Source of the DNA: an uncultured Gemmatimonadales bacterium | GTDB lineage: Bacteria; Gemmatimonadota; Gemmatimonadetes; Gemmatimonadales; Gemmatimonadaceae | Assembly (NCBI GenBank): GCA_963707505.1 | Contig: CAVPQB010000003.1 | Span: 608,001 to 672,000 of the forward strand | DNA length: 64,000 bases | Direction: 5' to 3' | Part shown: positions 10,563 through 20,941 of the stretch, one piece after another | How positions within the stretch are numbered: the stretch's first letter is position 1 | Layout of the letters: every line of letters starts with the position of its first letter | Translations under genes and position numbers: made by a program | Notes under the pieces: generated by a model | Databases searched by the model: none | Told to the model about the DNA's origin: nothing | Seen by the model: only the letters and a program-made list of their open reading frames with translations

Positions 10563-12065
10563 TCACGCAGCCGGTAACACCGTCGCAGTGGTACCGGTCA
10601 TCAACCGCAGGAGACTTTCCTGCGTCGCGTCCGAGCGAGAGACTTCACCAACGACGCGGCCGTTTCGTAGCACGACGATGCGCGTCGAGAGGTTGAGCAG
10701 CTCGGGCAGCTCGCTCGAGATGAGCAACACGGCGCATCCATGCGATGCCAGCTCGTCGATCCATGCGTGCAGCTCCGCCTTGGCTCCCACATCCACGCCG
10801 CGGGTTGGCTCGTCGAGTATGAGTATGTCACAGTCAGCGGCGAGCCATTTTGCCATCACGATTTTCTGCTGATTTCCGCCAGACAACTCAGCGGTAACGG
10901 CTTCTGGGGTCGCACGCACGCGAAGTCGTTCGAACAGGCGGTGGATGACACCGGTCTCTCGCGTCCTGTCGATCCACCCCAGGCGCGCGAAGAGTGGCAA
11001 TGTCGGCAACGTGCTGTTCTCGCCGGTGCGCATCGAGAGAACGAGGCCCTGCTTCTTGCGATCCTCGGGAACGAATCCGATACGCAACCGCACCGCGTCG
11101 CGCGCCGACCGGATTTCAGCGCGTACACCGCGTACCCAGACCGTACCGCGCGTCGCCGGCTCGAGCCCGAAAATGGATTGCGCGATCTCGGAGCGTCCCG
11201 CGCCGATCAGTCCAGCCAGCCCGAGCACTTCGCCCGCGTGTAGCGTGAACGAGACGTCGCTGAACGCTGCGCCGCGCGCGAGTCCTTCGACACGCAGACG
11301 TTCCTCACCGCGCTCCTCGCCCGCTGCAGTCGGGAAATACTGCTCCAGCCGGCGCCCGATCATGAGTTGGATGAGTGCACCCTCATCCAGCTCGCTTGCT
11401 GGCCGCGTGACGACGTGCTGGCCGTCCCGCAGCACGGTGATCTCATCGCACAGCCGGTGAATCTCCATCATTCGATGCGAGACGTAAATGATCGTAACGC
11501 CGCGCGCCTGCAGTTCACCAATCAGTGTAAACAGTCGCTCGGCGTCGTCTCCGCCAAGGCTGCTCGTGGGCTCGTCGAACACGATAACCCTGGCGCCGGC
11601 GCCAACGGCACCTGCGATCTGCACGAGCTGCTGCTCCGCAACCGTGAGCGTGTCCATCGGTCGTGCGGGATCGATCGACGCACCGATCGTCGCAAGCAGC
11701 TCCTTCGCACGAATGTGCGTGACGTCACGCCGAACGAAGCCGAACCGACGCGGAAGCTTGCCGAGACAGAGATTCTCACCCACGGTGAGATTCTCGCAGA
11801 ATGCGAGTTCCTGATGCACCATCGCCACGCCCGACGCAAGCGCATCACGCGGGCTGTCGAATCGAGCGGGACGACCTTCCAGCAGAATCTCGCCGTCGTC
11901 CGGCCTCTGAAGTCCCGCGAGAATCTTTCCCAGCGTACTCTTGCCTGCGCCATTCTCGCCGCATACCGCGTGGCAGGAGCCGGCGCGAACGTCAAAGCTT
12001 ACGTTCGAAAGTGCAACGGCGCCGGGAAATCGCTTGGTGATGTGTGAAAAGGAAATCGCCGCCAT
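10563..12065 (-). CDS. sugar ABC transporter ATP-binding protein (RbsA/AraG-like, two NBDs)
   Basis: GENGAGKST, FDEPT, LSGGNQQK, LDEPTRGVDVGAK. Confidence 0.93.
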   Translation of the reverse strand: MAAISFSHITKRFPGAVALSNVSFDVRAGSCHAVCGENGAGKSTLGKILAGLQRPDDGEILLEGRPARFDSPRDALASGVAMVHQELAFCENLTVGENLCLGKLPRRFGFVRRDVTHIRAKELLATIGASIDPARPMDTLTVAEQQLVQIAGAVGAGARVIVFDEPTSSLGGDDAERLFTLIGELQARGVTIIYVSHRMMEIHRLCDEITVLRDGQHVVTRPASELDEGALIQLMIGRRLEQYFPTAAGEERGEERLRVEGLARGAAFSDVSFTLHAGEVLGLAGLIGAGRSEIAQSIFGLEPATRGTVWVRGVRAEIRSARDAVRLRIGFVPEDRKKQGLVLSMRTGENSTLPTLPLFARLGWIDRTRETGVIHRLFERLRVRATPEAVTAELSGGNQQKIVMAKWLAADCDILILDEPTRGVDVGAKAELHAWIDELASHGCAVLLISSELPELLNLSTRIVVLRNGRVVGEVSRSDATQESLLRLMTGTTATVLPAA

Positions 12066-12119
12066 GTGCACCCCTGGATCAACCCCCGCGCCACCGCGAA
12101 AGCTGCACCGTGTTAGTCC

Positions 12120-12175
12120 GTCATTCCCGCGAAAGCGGGATCGTGCGTCAGTCCGTCAATCCCGCAGGAATGACG
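12120..12175. repeat. REP-like element (one copy plus a degenerate half)
   Basis: GTCATTCCCGCGAAAGCGGGA ... CCCGCAGGAATGACG, between the binding-protein gene and the ATPase gene. Confidence 0.7.
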
Positions 12176-12188
12176 ATTACTCCTGTAG

Positions 12189-13220
12189 TTACTGCATCGC
12201 CAGATATTTCGGATCGACGTCGGTGAATCCCCACGCTTTCAACTGACGGGCCCACGTACCAAGATTGTCCTTCGATACGCGCACGAGATCCATCTGCACG
12301 TGAGGTGGTACATCCTTGTGCAGATATACATGATCGAAGATCGTCTTCACCGATACGTAGCCCCAGAGGTACGTCGGTTGTGCGAGGAGCACCGGCGCAA
12401 GTCCTTTATCCACGTAAGGCAGCTCAGCAGGCAACGCATCCACGGAAACAATCTTGAGTCGCGCAGGATCGAGATCGGTCAGAAGCGCCTTTGTAAACAG
12501 CGCCCATCCGCCGATCATCGCCCACCCCTGAATGCCCGGATATGCGTTCTGCGCGCGCACCACTTCCGCGGCGGCGTCCTGCGGCGTTTCCTCGTGGTAG
12601 AAGGTGTTGACGATAGTGATGCCGGGATAATTCTTCGCCTCGTTCTTCACTCCCTCGATGCGCTTCTGCAGATTCGGCGCGTTCTGGCTTCCGCCCAGAA
12701 TCGCGATCCGGCCCTTGCCGTTCATCTGCTTGGCAAGCTCCTGCATCACCTGCTTGCCTATCAGCTCGTCGTCGCCACCGTAGAACGAGAATCGCTTGGA
12801 GCCGGCGACGTCGCTATCGAACGTCATTACTGGAACGCCGCGGTCGACGGCTTCGTTCACTGCCCCGATGAGCTTGCCCGCATCGCTGGCCGAGAGGAGA
12901 ATCGCGTTCGCGCCACTGTTCACCGCCGACGCGATTCGTTGCGCCTGAATCGTCGCGTCCTCACTCGGCGGCGTGAGCCAGTCCACGCGCACATTCACAC
13001 CATACTGTTTCGACAGCTCCTTCGCGGCAGAGTCCGCACCGGTGCGTCCCGAGAGGAACACGGGATTGGTCGAGCTCTTTGCGATCATCGCGATCGTGAA
13101 CGTCTTTGCGCCACCGGAGGACGACGCACCACCCTTCGCAGCACTTTCTCCCGAGCCACCGCAGGCGAGTATGGCGGCAACGAGAAGGAATGGAACGGGG
13201 GTGATATGCGATCGCTTCAT
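12189..13220 (-). CDS. sugar ABC transporter substrate-binding lipoprotein
   Basis: Lipobox ILAC; periplasmic binding protein type 1 motifs (NPVF, GVPVMTFDSD, QPTYLWGY). Confidence 0.9.
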   Translation of the reverse strand: MKRSHITPVPFLLVAAILACGGSGESAAKGGASSSGGAKTFTIAMIAKSSTNPVFLSGRTGADSAAKELSKQYGVNVRVDWLTPPSEDATIQAQRIASAVNSGANAILLSASDAGKLIGAVNEAVDRGVPVMTFDSDVAGSKRFSFYGGDDELIGKQVMQELAKQMNGKGRIAILGGSQNAPNLQKRIEGVKNEAKNYPGITIVNTFYHEETPQDAAAEVVRAQNAYPGIQGWAMIGGWALFTKALLTDLDPARLKIVSVDALPAELPYVDKGLAPVLLAQPTYLWGYVSVKTIFDHVYLHKDVPPHVQMDLVRVSKDNLGTWARQLKAWGFTDVDPKYLAMQ

Positions 13221-13231
13221 CACAACGCCTC

Positions 13232-14425
13232 TCATGTTACAGTAGATGTGTCTTTAGATGTGTCTTTCGTGGCGGGAACTGCGGCCATTCGGCGCGCAAG
13301 TAGACGGGTGCCGCCCTGATCCAGTACGACGGCGAGGATCAGTGCGCTGCCAATGATGATCCACTCGTAGTTCTGGTCCAGATGTAACGTACGAATTGCC
13401 TGCCGGATCATCACGATGAGAATTGCGCCCAGCATCGCGCTGATCGCGCTGCCTTTCCCGCCGATGAGACTCGCACCGCCGACGACCGCGGCCGCAATCA
13501 CGTACAGCTCGTAGCCGTTCGCGTCCGACGATGTTGCAGATCCATAGAACGACGCGCCCAGGAACGCCGCAATACCGGCACTCAGACCCGAGATGGCATA
13601 CACACCAAGCTTGATGCGGTCCACCCGGAGTCCCGAGTAGCGGCTCGCTTCCGGATTGCCACCGATCGCGAATACGTAGCGGCCGCTCACAGTCCGGCTC
13701 AGATACACCTGGCCGATCGCCGCTACGACGAGCATCACGAGCACCGGAACCGGATACAGGTCAGCACTCAGACCCAGGCGGGCTTTCGCTACGCTCGTAA
13801 GCGCGCCAGGGACCAGAATGCTCTCCGCGTGGCTCACCACGAACGCAACGCCGCGCAGCACCCACATGGTGCCGAGCGTGACGATGAACGGATGCACGCC
13901 GAGGCCGATCACCATGAATCCGTTCGCGAGTCCGCATAGTAGTGCGATGGAGAGACAGGTCGCCAGGGCGACGAACACCGTGGCGACCGGCCCCATCGGA
14001 CCGACCGCGCGGAGTACCATCGCCATCCCGACGCCCGCCAGGGCATAGATCGCGCCCACGGAGAGGTCGATTCCCCCGGCGATGATGACGATCGTAGCCC
14101 CTACTCCCATGATCGCGAATGAGCTCGCGTCCGTTCCCATCTGCACGAGCGTGTAGACGTTGAGGAAATTATTTGTGTGGGCGCCGCTCACCGCGTCGAT
14201 GTGGGAGCCGGCAGCGAGTGTCAGCGCGATACCGAGCGCGATTAGAACGGCGACGATCCCGATCTGCTGCGATTTCAACACGACGCCGGCAGCTCGGCGT
14301 AAGGGCGGTGTCCAGAGAGTGGCGGAAGTCACGTTGTGCGGCGGACTGGAGAAGAAGATGTCAGCGTGCGCAACGATGGGCCACGGCGCGAGACTTGTCA
14401 ACGACACCGAACCCGGGAGCTCCAA
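13232..14425 (-). CDS. sugar ABC transporter permease (RbsC-like); true start may be the GTG at 14332
   Basis: GGIDLSVG, PFIVTLG, AIGGNPEASRYSG, YELYVIAAAVVGGASL.GGKG. Confidence 0.92.
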   Translation of the reverse strand: MELPGSVSLTSLAPWPIVAHADIFFSSPPHNVTSATLWTPPLRRAAGVVLKSQQIGIVAVLIALGIALTLAAGSHIDAVSGAHTNNFLNVYTLVQMGTDASSFAIMGVGATIVIIAGGIDLSVGAIYALAGVGMAMVLRAVGPMGPVATVFVALATCLSIALLCGLANGFMVIGLGVHPFIVTLGTMWVLRGVAFVVSHAESILVPGALTSVAKARLGLSADLYPVPVLVMLVVAAIGQVYLSRTVSGRYVFAIGGNPEASRYSGLRVDRIKLGVYAISGLSAGIAAFLGASFYGSATSSDANGYELYVIAAAVVGGASLIGGKGSAISAMLGAILIVMIRQAIRTLHLDQNYEWIIIGSALILAVVLDQGGTRLLARRMAAVPATKDTSKDTSTVT

Positions 14426-14453
14426 CCTGCCAGGTCACGCCGGTCTTCGTGAC

Positions 14454-16016
14454 CTACGCGGGATCGGTGCTGCGTCTCGCCTTGCTCACCTCGGCGTCGA
14501 ACATGCTCCACACACGCTCGATGTCTCCCGGGGAGAGATGGACCGGCGTTCCGGCCAGGATACCCGTGACGTTTCGGAATGGGTGGCCGAGGTGCATCCC
14601 GCTCTGGTCGATCGTGAACTCGCGGATCCCCTTGTCGTGAGTGGAGCCACGCATCTTGAGAACTGTCATACCGCGTTTCATCTCACCGAACATCTCGACG
14701 TAGCGAAGCAGGATGATGGAGTCCGTCAGCGTGGAAATATGTGTCTCCGTGATCGAAGTGCCTCCCATCAGGCTCGCTGTGGTCGAGGTGAAGAGACCGG
14801 TGATCTGCTGCTGCTTGATGAATGACGTGATTCCGATCACGAATTCCCGGAATGCCTTGAGAGTGCCTACGCGCTCGAGCGCGGAGAGGCTGTCGAGTGC
14901 CACGCGTTGCGGCTTGAATTCCCGTATGATCCCCTGGATCGCGACCAGCCAATCTTCCAGCCCGTTTACTTCCGGATAATCGCACACCACACGGAGCAAT
15001 CCGTCGCGCTCCATCGCCTCGAAGTCAGCGCCCCAGCCTCTGGCATTGCGGAACAGTTGCTCGCGGCTCTCCTCGAACGCCAGCAGCAGGCACCGCTCTC
15101 CACTCGCAGTACCGCCGGCAAGAAACTGGGTCACGGTGAGCGTCTTGCCGGTTCCCGTGGCGCCTGACACCAGTACGACCGAGTCTCGAAAAAAGCCACC
15201 ACCGCACATCTCGTCGAGCTCCTTGTTCCCGGATGACGTGCGCACGTCTGACGATTTCTGTCGTAGCTGAATCGCAGAGAGCGGAATGACGACCAACCCG
15301 CCGTCAGGTACGATAGTGAATGGAAACTCGCCTTTCTGATGATCGGTTCCGCGAAATTTGAGAATCTCGATCGTGCGGCGGCGGCTCTCGTCCTCCAGCA
15401 CGTTACGTAGCACCATTACGTTGTCGGCGATGAATTCCTCGACGCCGAACCGCGCTATCGGACCGTAATCATCGGTACGTTCCGCGGTCATCACCGCTGT
15501 TACACCCATTCCCTTGAGGGCCGACGCAATCCGAAAAAGCTCGCGGCGGACCATCGACTGATCGGAAAATTGCGAGAAGATCGCGCCCAGCGAGTCGACC
15601 GAAACGCGTTTCGCATTCACTTTACGCACCGCGTTCTGCACGCGCGCAAGCAGTGCCCCGAGATCGAAGCTGCCACTCTCGATCACCTCGACATCCGGAT
15701 CGGGAGATGCGTCCACGAACGCGAGACGTCCCTCGCTTTCCCACCGTGCAAGGTCCCATCCGAAACTCGCCATGTTGGTGCGAATGTCGCTGGCAGATTC
15801 CTCGAATGTTACGAAGACGCCGCCTTCTTCGGCGTCACGAATCCCCGAAGCAAGAAACTGCATTGCAAATACCGTCTTCCCGCTGCCGGCGGTACCGGAA
15901 AGCAGAGTGGTACGATTCGCCGGAAGGCCGCCTTTGGCGATCACGTCGAAGCTCGCAATGCCGGTCGGCAGTTTCTGCACGTGCGGCTCGGGTTGGTCGC
16001 TGTGTCGTTCGGTCAC
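14454..16016 (-). CDS. kaiC: circadian clock protein KaiC (double RecA-like domain)
   Basis: 520 aa. Walker A motifs GTAGSGKT and GATGTGKT; catalytic FEE in both halves; RFGVEEF; KFRG/KMRG; phosphosite loop [24 protein letters not shown] tail. Confidence 0.96.
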   Translation of the reverse strand: MTERHSDQPEPHVQKLPTGIASFDVIAKGGLPANRTTLLSGTAGSGKTVFAMQFLASGIRDAEEGGVFVTFEESASDIRTNMASFGWDLARWESEGRLAFVDASPDPDVEVIESGSFDLGALLARVQNAVRKVNAKRVSVDSLGAIFSQFSDQSMVRRELFRIASALKGMGVTAVMTAERTDDYGPIARFGVEEFIADNVMVLRNVLEDESRRRTIEILKFRGTDHQKGEFPFTIVPDGGLVVIPLSAIQLRQKSSDVRTSSGNKELDEMCGGGFFRDSVVLVSGATGTGKTLTVTQFLAGGTASGERCLLLAFEESREQLFRNARGWGADFEAMERDGLLRVVCDYPEVNGLEDWLVAIQGIIREFKPQRVALDSLSALERVGTLKAFREFVIGITSFIKQQQITGLFTSTTASLMGGTSITETHISTLTDSIILLRYVEMFGEMKRGMTVLKMRGSTHDKGIREFTIDQSGMHLGHPFRNVTGILAGTPVHLSPGDIERVWSMFDAEVSKARRSTDPA

Positions 16017-16381
16017 GATTGTCCCGGCGTTGCGGTCCGCTCAGTGATGGCGGGGGTGATGTCAGGCAGGACTTCGAGACCCAGCAACACCTTGTGCTTG
16101 TCTGAAAGATCCCCTATCACGCGCCTCAGCGGCGGCGGAAGCCGCTTGATCAAAGTTGGGGTGGCGAGGATCTTGTCATCTTCGGCCATCTGTGGGTGCT
16201 CGAGCACGTCGATGATCTGCATTTCGTACTGGCCTTGCAGCTCTTCCGCACAGATTCGACGCAGATTTGTGATTGCCCGTTCGGTATTGGGCGTCTTGCC
16301 GGTCACATACAGCTTGAGGACATAGCGCGACGCAGATCCATTACTGGATCCCTCGCTGGGCTCACCGCCAGGCCCGGTCAC
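16013..16381 (-). CDS. kaiB: circadian clock protein KaiB
   Basis: [50 protein letters not shown]. 4-nt overlap with the kaiC start. Confidence 0.96.
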   Translation of the reverse strand: MTGPGGEPSEGSSNGSASRYVLKLYVTGKTPNTERAITNLRRICAEELQGQYEMQIIDVLEHPQMAEDDKILATPTLIKRLPPPLRRVIGDLSDKHKVLLGLEVLPDITPAITERTATPGQS

Positions 16382-16637
16382 TGCCGAGCCTTCCAGAAAC
16401 GCGACATCGAATCACCTCGGTTGAAGCTGCCGCTTTGGGCATACAGGATCGAATAATACGCCCGCGTCCTGACCGCGTGAAAGTGCCGTCGGAAAGAGCG
16501 TTCTATTGGTACAGGCCTGACGACCAGGTGCAGAATCGACCGTGAGCGCGGGCATGAACCTTGACTGATACCCTGACGTACTGCGCTAATTCAGGAGCAC
16601 GGAGCTTTCGCAATGAACTCGGCAACTATCGCCAGGC

Positions 16638-16688
16638 GTCGCTCACAAGGTCACTCACAGGACCCACAGGGTCACTCACAAGGTCGCT
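16638..16688 (+). repeat. array of 10-12-bp direct repeats (GTCRCTCACAAG)
   Basis: GTCGCTCACAAG / GTCACTCACAG / GACCCACAGG / GTCACTCACAAG / GTCGCT in the kaiB-kinase intergenic region. Confidence 0.7.
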
Positions 16689-16723
16689 AGCCGCGCTGGA
16701 ATCAGCCGGCTGCCCATATTCGC

Positions 16724-18439
16724 ATGATTGAGCGTAGGCAAGGACTGGACCGTAGACGCGCGCACAGTGCAGCGGTTGCTGCTGGTAGCGTCACTGAAAA
16801 CGACACTCAGGAGCGCCAGCTACGCTCCATCATCGAGCAGTTGCCCGACGGGATAGTCATCGTCGGATCCTCTGGATTGATTCGCTTCGCAAATCCTGCT
16901 GCGGAGCAACTCTTCGGTCGAACCGCAGAGAGGCTCGTTGGAACTGACTTCGGCTTCGCTATTGCGAACGGCTTACCGGCCGAAATCGATGTCCTGCGCC
17001 CTGGCGGGGAGACGGTAACCGCCGAGCTGCGGGTGGTGGAGATCGTCTGGCAAGGCGAGCCGTCGAAGGTGATCTCGATTCGTGACGTGACGGATCGCCG
17101 ACGAGCCGAGGAGCACGCTCGTCGAGCAGAGCGTGAACGTGCCGCCCGTGCCGAGGCGGAAGCTGCCAACAGGGCGAAAAGTGAGTTCCTGGCAATGATG
17201 AGCCACGAGCTTCGCACACCGCTCAACGCTGTGCTTGGCTACGCACAGTTGCTCGAGATGGGAGTCGGAGGTGCACTGCGCCCTGAACAGCAGCAGCAGG
17301 TGGAGAGGATTCTGACGAGTGGCCGACATCTGCTCGGGCTTGTGGATGAGGTACTCGACCTCGCGAAGGTCGATGCGGGACGACTTAGCGTGCAGATGGC
17401 GCCGGCTTCCGCAGAAGAAACAGTCGGCGCAGCGGAGACGCTCCTTCGCCCATCTGCTGAAACGGTCGGTGTCGCTCTGACTGTAAGACGCGTCGATGAA
17501 GTCGATGATTCATCGGCCATGTACTACGAGGGTGACGAAGATCGCGTACGACAGATCCTGGTGAACCTTCTCTCGAACGCCGTCAAGTTCACGGAGGGAG
17601 GCGGATCTGTAAAATTGGAGTACGGCCGGGCCGCGTGTCCCGACTCCGAGTCTCAGGTTGCCATGACTGGAAGCTGCATTTTTTTTCGAGTGACCGACAC
17701 CGGCGTGGGCATCCCCGCAGATCAGATATCACGCATCTTCGAGCCATTCGTCCAGGTGAACGCCGGCACCACACGACGGAACGACGGATCGGGGCTTGGC
17801 CTTGCCATCAGCCAACGGTTAGCGCGCCTCATGCGAGGAGATATCACAGTTCGAAGCGCTGTCGGCGATGGATCGACGTTTACACTCTGGCTGCCGTCAA
17901 GTGGCGAAACTACCGGGAGTACGACGATTACCGAAAGCCGGGATCTGCAGCCTGCGGGCCTGCAGGCACACGGGCTTGGCGAAGTCGGCGAGATCATTAC
18001 ACGCAAACTGGATCGTTTGGTCGGACGCTTCGTTACGCGTGTTCGCTCCGAGTGCGGAATTCCGGGGGCCGACACGCTCAGATTCTCGCAGGTGGCGGAT
18101 CACGTTGCGAGCTATCTCGCCGATCTGGCGGGAGTACTGATCGCGCTGGAAGAAGCCGAAAAGCAGCCGTCGAATCTTCTCGTGGATGCCGCGGACATAC
18201 ACAGACTCGTCGCAGCGCGGCATGGCATCCAGCGGGCACGGTTGGGATGGTCAGAAACAGCCCTGCGCACCGAGTACCGGATACTGGGTGAGGAGATTGA
18301 CGCGATGGTGCGTGGGGCGGCCGTTCCCCCCTCCGCCCAGGTTGAGGCGTCGGCGATGATCCGCCGCCTTCTGGCTCAGGCAGAACAGTACAGTGCTCGC
18401 GCATTCGCGCGAGCGAAGTCAGCAGAGAAGCCTACCTGA
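16724..18439 (+). CDS. cytoplasmic PAS sensor histidine kinase with an extra C-terminal helical domain (RsbRD-N-like)
   Basis: PAS (DGIVIV..FANPAAEQLFG..RDVT); H-box SHELRTPL; NLLSNAVKFT; DTGVG; GSGLGL. C-terminal HG.QR..LGW...EY motif. No transmembrane segment or receiver domain seen. Confidence 0.88.
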   Translation: MIERRQGLDRRRAHSAAVAAGSVTENDTQERQLRSIIEQLPDGIVIVGSSGLIRFANPAAEQLFGRTAERLVGTDFGFAIANGLPAEIDVLRPGGETVTAELRVVEIVWQGEPSKVISIRDVTDRRRAEEHARRAERERAARAEAEAANRAKSEFLAMMSHELRTPLNAVLGYAQLLEMGVGGALRPEQQQQVERILTSGRHLLGLVDEVLDLAKVDAGRLSVQMAPASAEETVGAAETLLRPSAETVGVALTVRRVDEVDDSSAMYYEGDEDRVRQILVNLLSNAVKFTEGGGSVKLEYGRAACPDSESQVAMTGSCIFFRVTDTGVGIPADQISRIFEPFVQVNAGTTRRNDGSGLGLAISQRLARLMRGDITVRSAVGDGSTFTLWLPSSGETTGSTTITESRDLQPAGLQAHGLGEVGEIITRKLDRLVGRFVTRVRSECGIPGADTLRFSQVADHVASYLADLAGVLIALEEAEKQPSNLLVDAADIHRLVAARHGIQRARLGWSETALRTEYRILGEEIDAMVRGAAVPPSAQVEASAMIRRLLAQAEQYSARAFARAKSAEKPT

Positions 18440-18494
18440 TCCGTATTCGGTATGACCCACCCCCAGTGAGACTGGCGACGTAACTTTCGGCTCG

Positions 18495-19268
18495 ATGCCT
18501 GAGATTCAATCGTTACCGCGCGCACTCGCGGCGCGTGGTGTGGTGCACCGCTACGGCAAGGTGCTCGCCCTCGACGGTGCGAGTATTACCGTCGATGCAG
18601 CTCGCGCGCTCGCGCTCGTCGGCGAGAGCGGCTCGGGCAAGACGACGCTCCTGCGATGCTTCAATCGCATGGCCGACCCCGACGCAGGAATGATCGAAGT
18701 GGGCGGTATCGATGTGCGATCTCAACCGGTGATCATGCTGCGCCGCCATCTTGGATACGTCCCACAGGACGGTGGATTGCTACCGCACTGGCGCGTGCTG
18801 CGTAATGTGGCGCTCGTGCCGAGGCTGCTGCGTATGTATGAGCCCGAATCGGCCGCTGCCGACGCGCTCCGCCTCGTCGGATTATCGCCGGACACATTTG
18901 GCGGCCGCTACCCGCACGAGCTCTCGGGCGGGCAACGCCAGCGCGTGGCTCTCGCTCGCGCACTCGCCGCGCAGCCCGGTGTGATCCTGCTCGACGAGCC
19001 CTTCGGCGCGCTCGACGCCATCACGCGCGCGGAATTGTACGAAACGTTTCAGGATGTGCGCCGCCAGCTGCCGATGACCATGCTGCTGGTCACGCATGAT
19101 CTCGCCGAGGCGGCGCGTCTCGCAGACGAGATCGCCGTGATGCGGTCAGGGCGAGTGGAACAACAGGGAACCATGTCGGATCTCCACACTGCGCCCGCAA
19201 CGAGCTACGTCGCAGCACTCATCGCGCGCGCGCGAGCGACGTCCGCGCATCTCATGCCGACGTCATGA
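18495..19268 (+). CDS. osmoprotectant (glycine betaine/choline) ABC ATP-binding protein
   Basis: GESGSGKT, GYVPQDGGLLPH, YPHELSGGQRQR, DEPFGALD. Confidence 0.88.
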   Translation: MPEIQSLPRALAARGVVHRYGKVLALDGASITVDAARALALVGESGSGKTTLLRCFNRMADPDAGMIEVGGIDVRSQPVIMLRRHLGYVPQDGGLLPHWRVLRNVALVPRLLRMYEPESAAADALRLVGLSPDTFGGRYPHELSGGQRQRVALARALAAQPGVILLDEPFGALDAITRAELYETFQDVRRQLPMTMLLVTHDLAEAARLADEIAVMRSGRVEQQGTMSDLHTAPATSYVAALIARARATSAHLMPTS

Positions 19269-20935
19269 TAGGTACGCGGAGCCGCATCGCACTCCAGGCG
19301 CTCGTATTCCCTGCCATCGTACTGCTCTCGCTCGCGACTGCTTTCGCGAATGGGTTGGCCAATGGTTTGGCGAATGATTCGCACGGCCAGACGTACGGCA
19401 CTGCCGCACCGCCGTCACACGTGAATCCGGGTCAGCGAAACCGGGCTCCCGTCGTGGTCGCGTCCAAGCCGTTTGGCGAGTCGTATCTGCTGTGCGAGAT
19501 GTTCGCACAGCTCCTGGAAGCGCACGGTATTGCAGTGACACGGCGCCCCGGTCTTGGAGCAACGGAGGTCGCGTTCGGCGCGCTCAGACAAAACGCTATC
19601 GACGTCTATCCCGAATACACAGGAACGGGGTTGATCGCGATCCTGCACGACTCGGTCGCAGATTCGCTCGCTCGGGATCCGCGTGCAGTCTATGAGAAGG
19701 TCTCGCGGACTTTCACGGCGCGTTACGACGTACGATGGCTCCCACCGCTCGGCTTCCAGAATACGTATGCGATAGCTGTCCGTCGTTCCACAGCGGAGCG
19801 ATTCCATCTTCGCACGCTGAGCGACCTGGCCCGCGAGGGTTCGCACCTCGTTGCGGGGTTCACGCCGGATTTCATCGGTCGTAGTGATGGGCTTCCAGGG
19901 CTCGCTCGCGTGTACGGCGTTCGCCTGCGCAACGTCCGCCCGCTCGCACCTGCGGTGAAGTATCGCGCGCTCGCCGATGGAGCTGTCGACGTCGCGGACG
20001 GATACTCCACCGACGGACTGCTCGCACGGTATGACCTGGTCACACTGATGGATGACCGTCATTTCTTTCCGCCGTACGAGGCGGCAGCGCTGGTCAGCCC
20101 GCGACTGGCGCGTGATCGTCCCGATGCTATCGCCGTGCTCACGCTGCTCAGCGGCCGGCTCGATGAAGCGCGAATGCGTCGGCTCAATCAGCGCGTGGAA
20201 GTTGCCGGCGAGGATGTGCATCGCGTAGCATCCGATGCGCTCACCGAGCTCGGCCTCATGAATGCGCGTGTAAGTCCCGCGACATCACTCGCGAGCGATA
20301 CGCACGAGCCTTTCTGGCGCTACATGTGGAATCGCCGTGCGACGATCGGTGCACTCACGCTGCGTCATCTTTTTCTGGTGGTGATTGCGCTCGGCGCTGC
20401 GATCCTGGTCGCCGTCCCACTCGGTCTCGCGCTCGAGCGAGTACGGAGTGCAGCCGAACCTGTCGTGCGCGCACTCGGCGTGATTCAGACAGTGCCGAGC
20501 ATAGCGATGCTGGCTTTCATGATACCGTTGTTCGGGATCGGAACCGTTCCCGCGCTCGTGGCGCTCTGGCTGTATGCGTTGTACCCCATCGCGCGCAACA
20601 CCTATACTGGTGTGCGCGACGCCGATCCCGGAGCCATCGAGGCCGCCGAGGCGCTTGGCACCACGGCAATACAGCGACTGCTGTGGGTTCGCCTCCCGCT
20701 CGCTGCGCCGATAATCATGGCCGGCGTTAGAACCGCAGCGGTGATCACCGTGGGAGCCGCCACCCTCGCCGCATTCATCGGCGCTGGCGGCCTCGGTGAG
20801 CCTATAGTTGCAGGTCTGGCACTCGCCGACACGCGCATGATTCTTTCCGGCGCACTACCCGCCGCCGCGCTCGCACTCGTAGTGGATGGAATGTTGGCAC
20901 TCGTCGAGCGCAGAGTAACGCCCGTCGCCGGATAA
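19265..20935 (+). CDS. fused osmoprotectant substrate-binding/permease protein (OpuAC + OpuBB type)
   Basis: SKPFGES, DVYPEYTGT, GFQNTY, YSTDG, FFPPY; permease part QTVPSIA, FIGAGGLG. Confidence 0.88.
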   Translation: MIGTRSRIALQALVFPAIVLLSLATAFANGLANGLANDSHGQTYGTAAPPSHVNPGQRNRAPVVVASKPFGESYLLCEMFAQLLEAHGIAVTRRPGLGATEVAFGALRQNAIDVYPEYTGTGLIAILHDSVADSLARDPRAVYEKVSRTFTARYDVRWLPPLGFQNTYAIAVRRSTAERFHLRTLSDLAREGSHLVAGFTPDFIGRSDGLPGLARVYGVRLRNVRPLAPAVKYRALADGAVDVADGYSTDGLLARYDLVTLMDDRHFFPPYEAAALVSPRLARDRPDAIAVLTLLSGRLDEARMRRLNQRVEVAGEDVHRVASDALTELGLMNARVSPATSLASDTHEPFWRYMWNRRATIGALTLRHLFLVVIALGAAILVAVPLGLALERVRSAAEPVVRALGVIQTVPSIAMLAFMIPLFGIGTVPALVALWLYALYPIARNTYTGVRDADPGAIEAAEALGTTAIQRLLWVRLPLAAPIIMAGVRTAAVITVGAATLAAFIGAGGLGEPIVAGLALADTRMILSGALPAAALALVVDGMLALVERRVTPVAG

Positions 20936-20941
20936 TGCCCG

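Noticed and set aside
13243..13266. 12-bp tandem repeat (KDTS x2); also the ANGL repeat near 19346
   Set aside because: Short in-frame duplications in flexible protein regions, with no sign of function.
16638..16688. Possible mini-CRISPR (also considered for 7950 and 44647)
   Set aside because: Units are too short, there are no spacers, and no cas genes are present.
16724..18439. Calling the kinase sasA or cikA
   Set aside because: It lacks the KaiB-like N-terminal domain of SasA and the GAF/pseudo-receiver domains of CikA.
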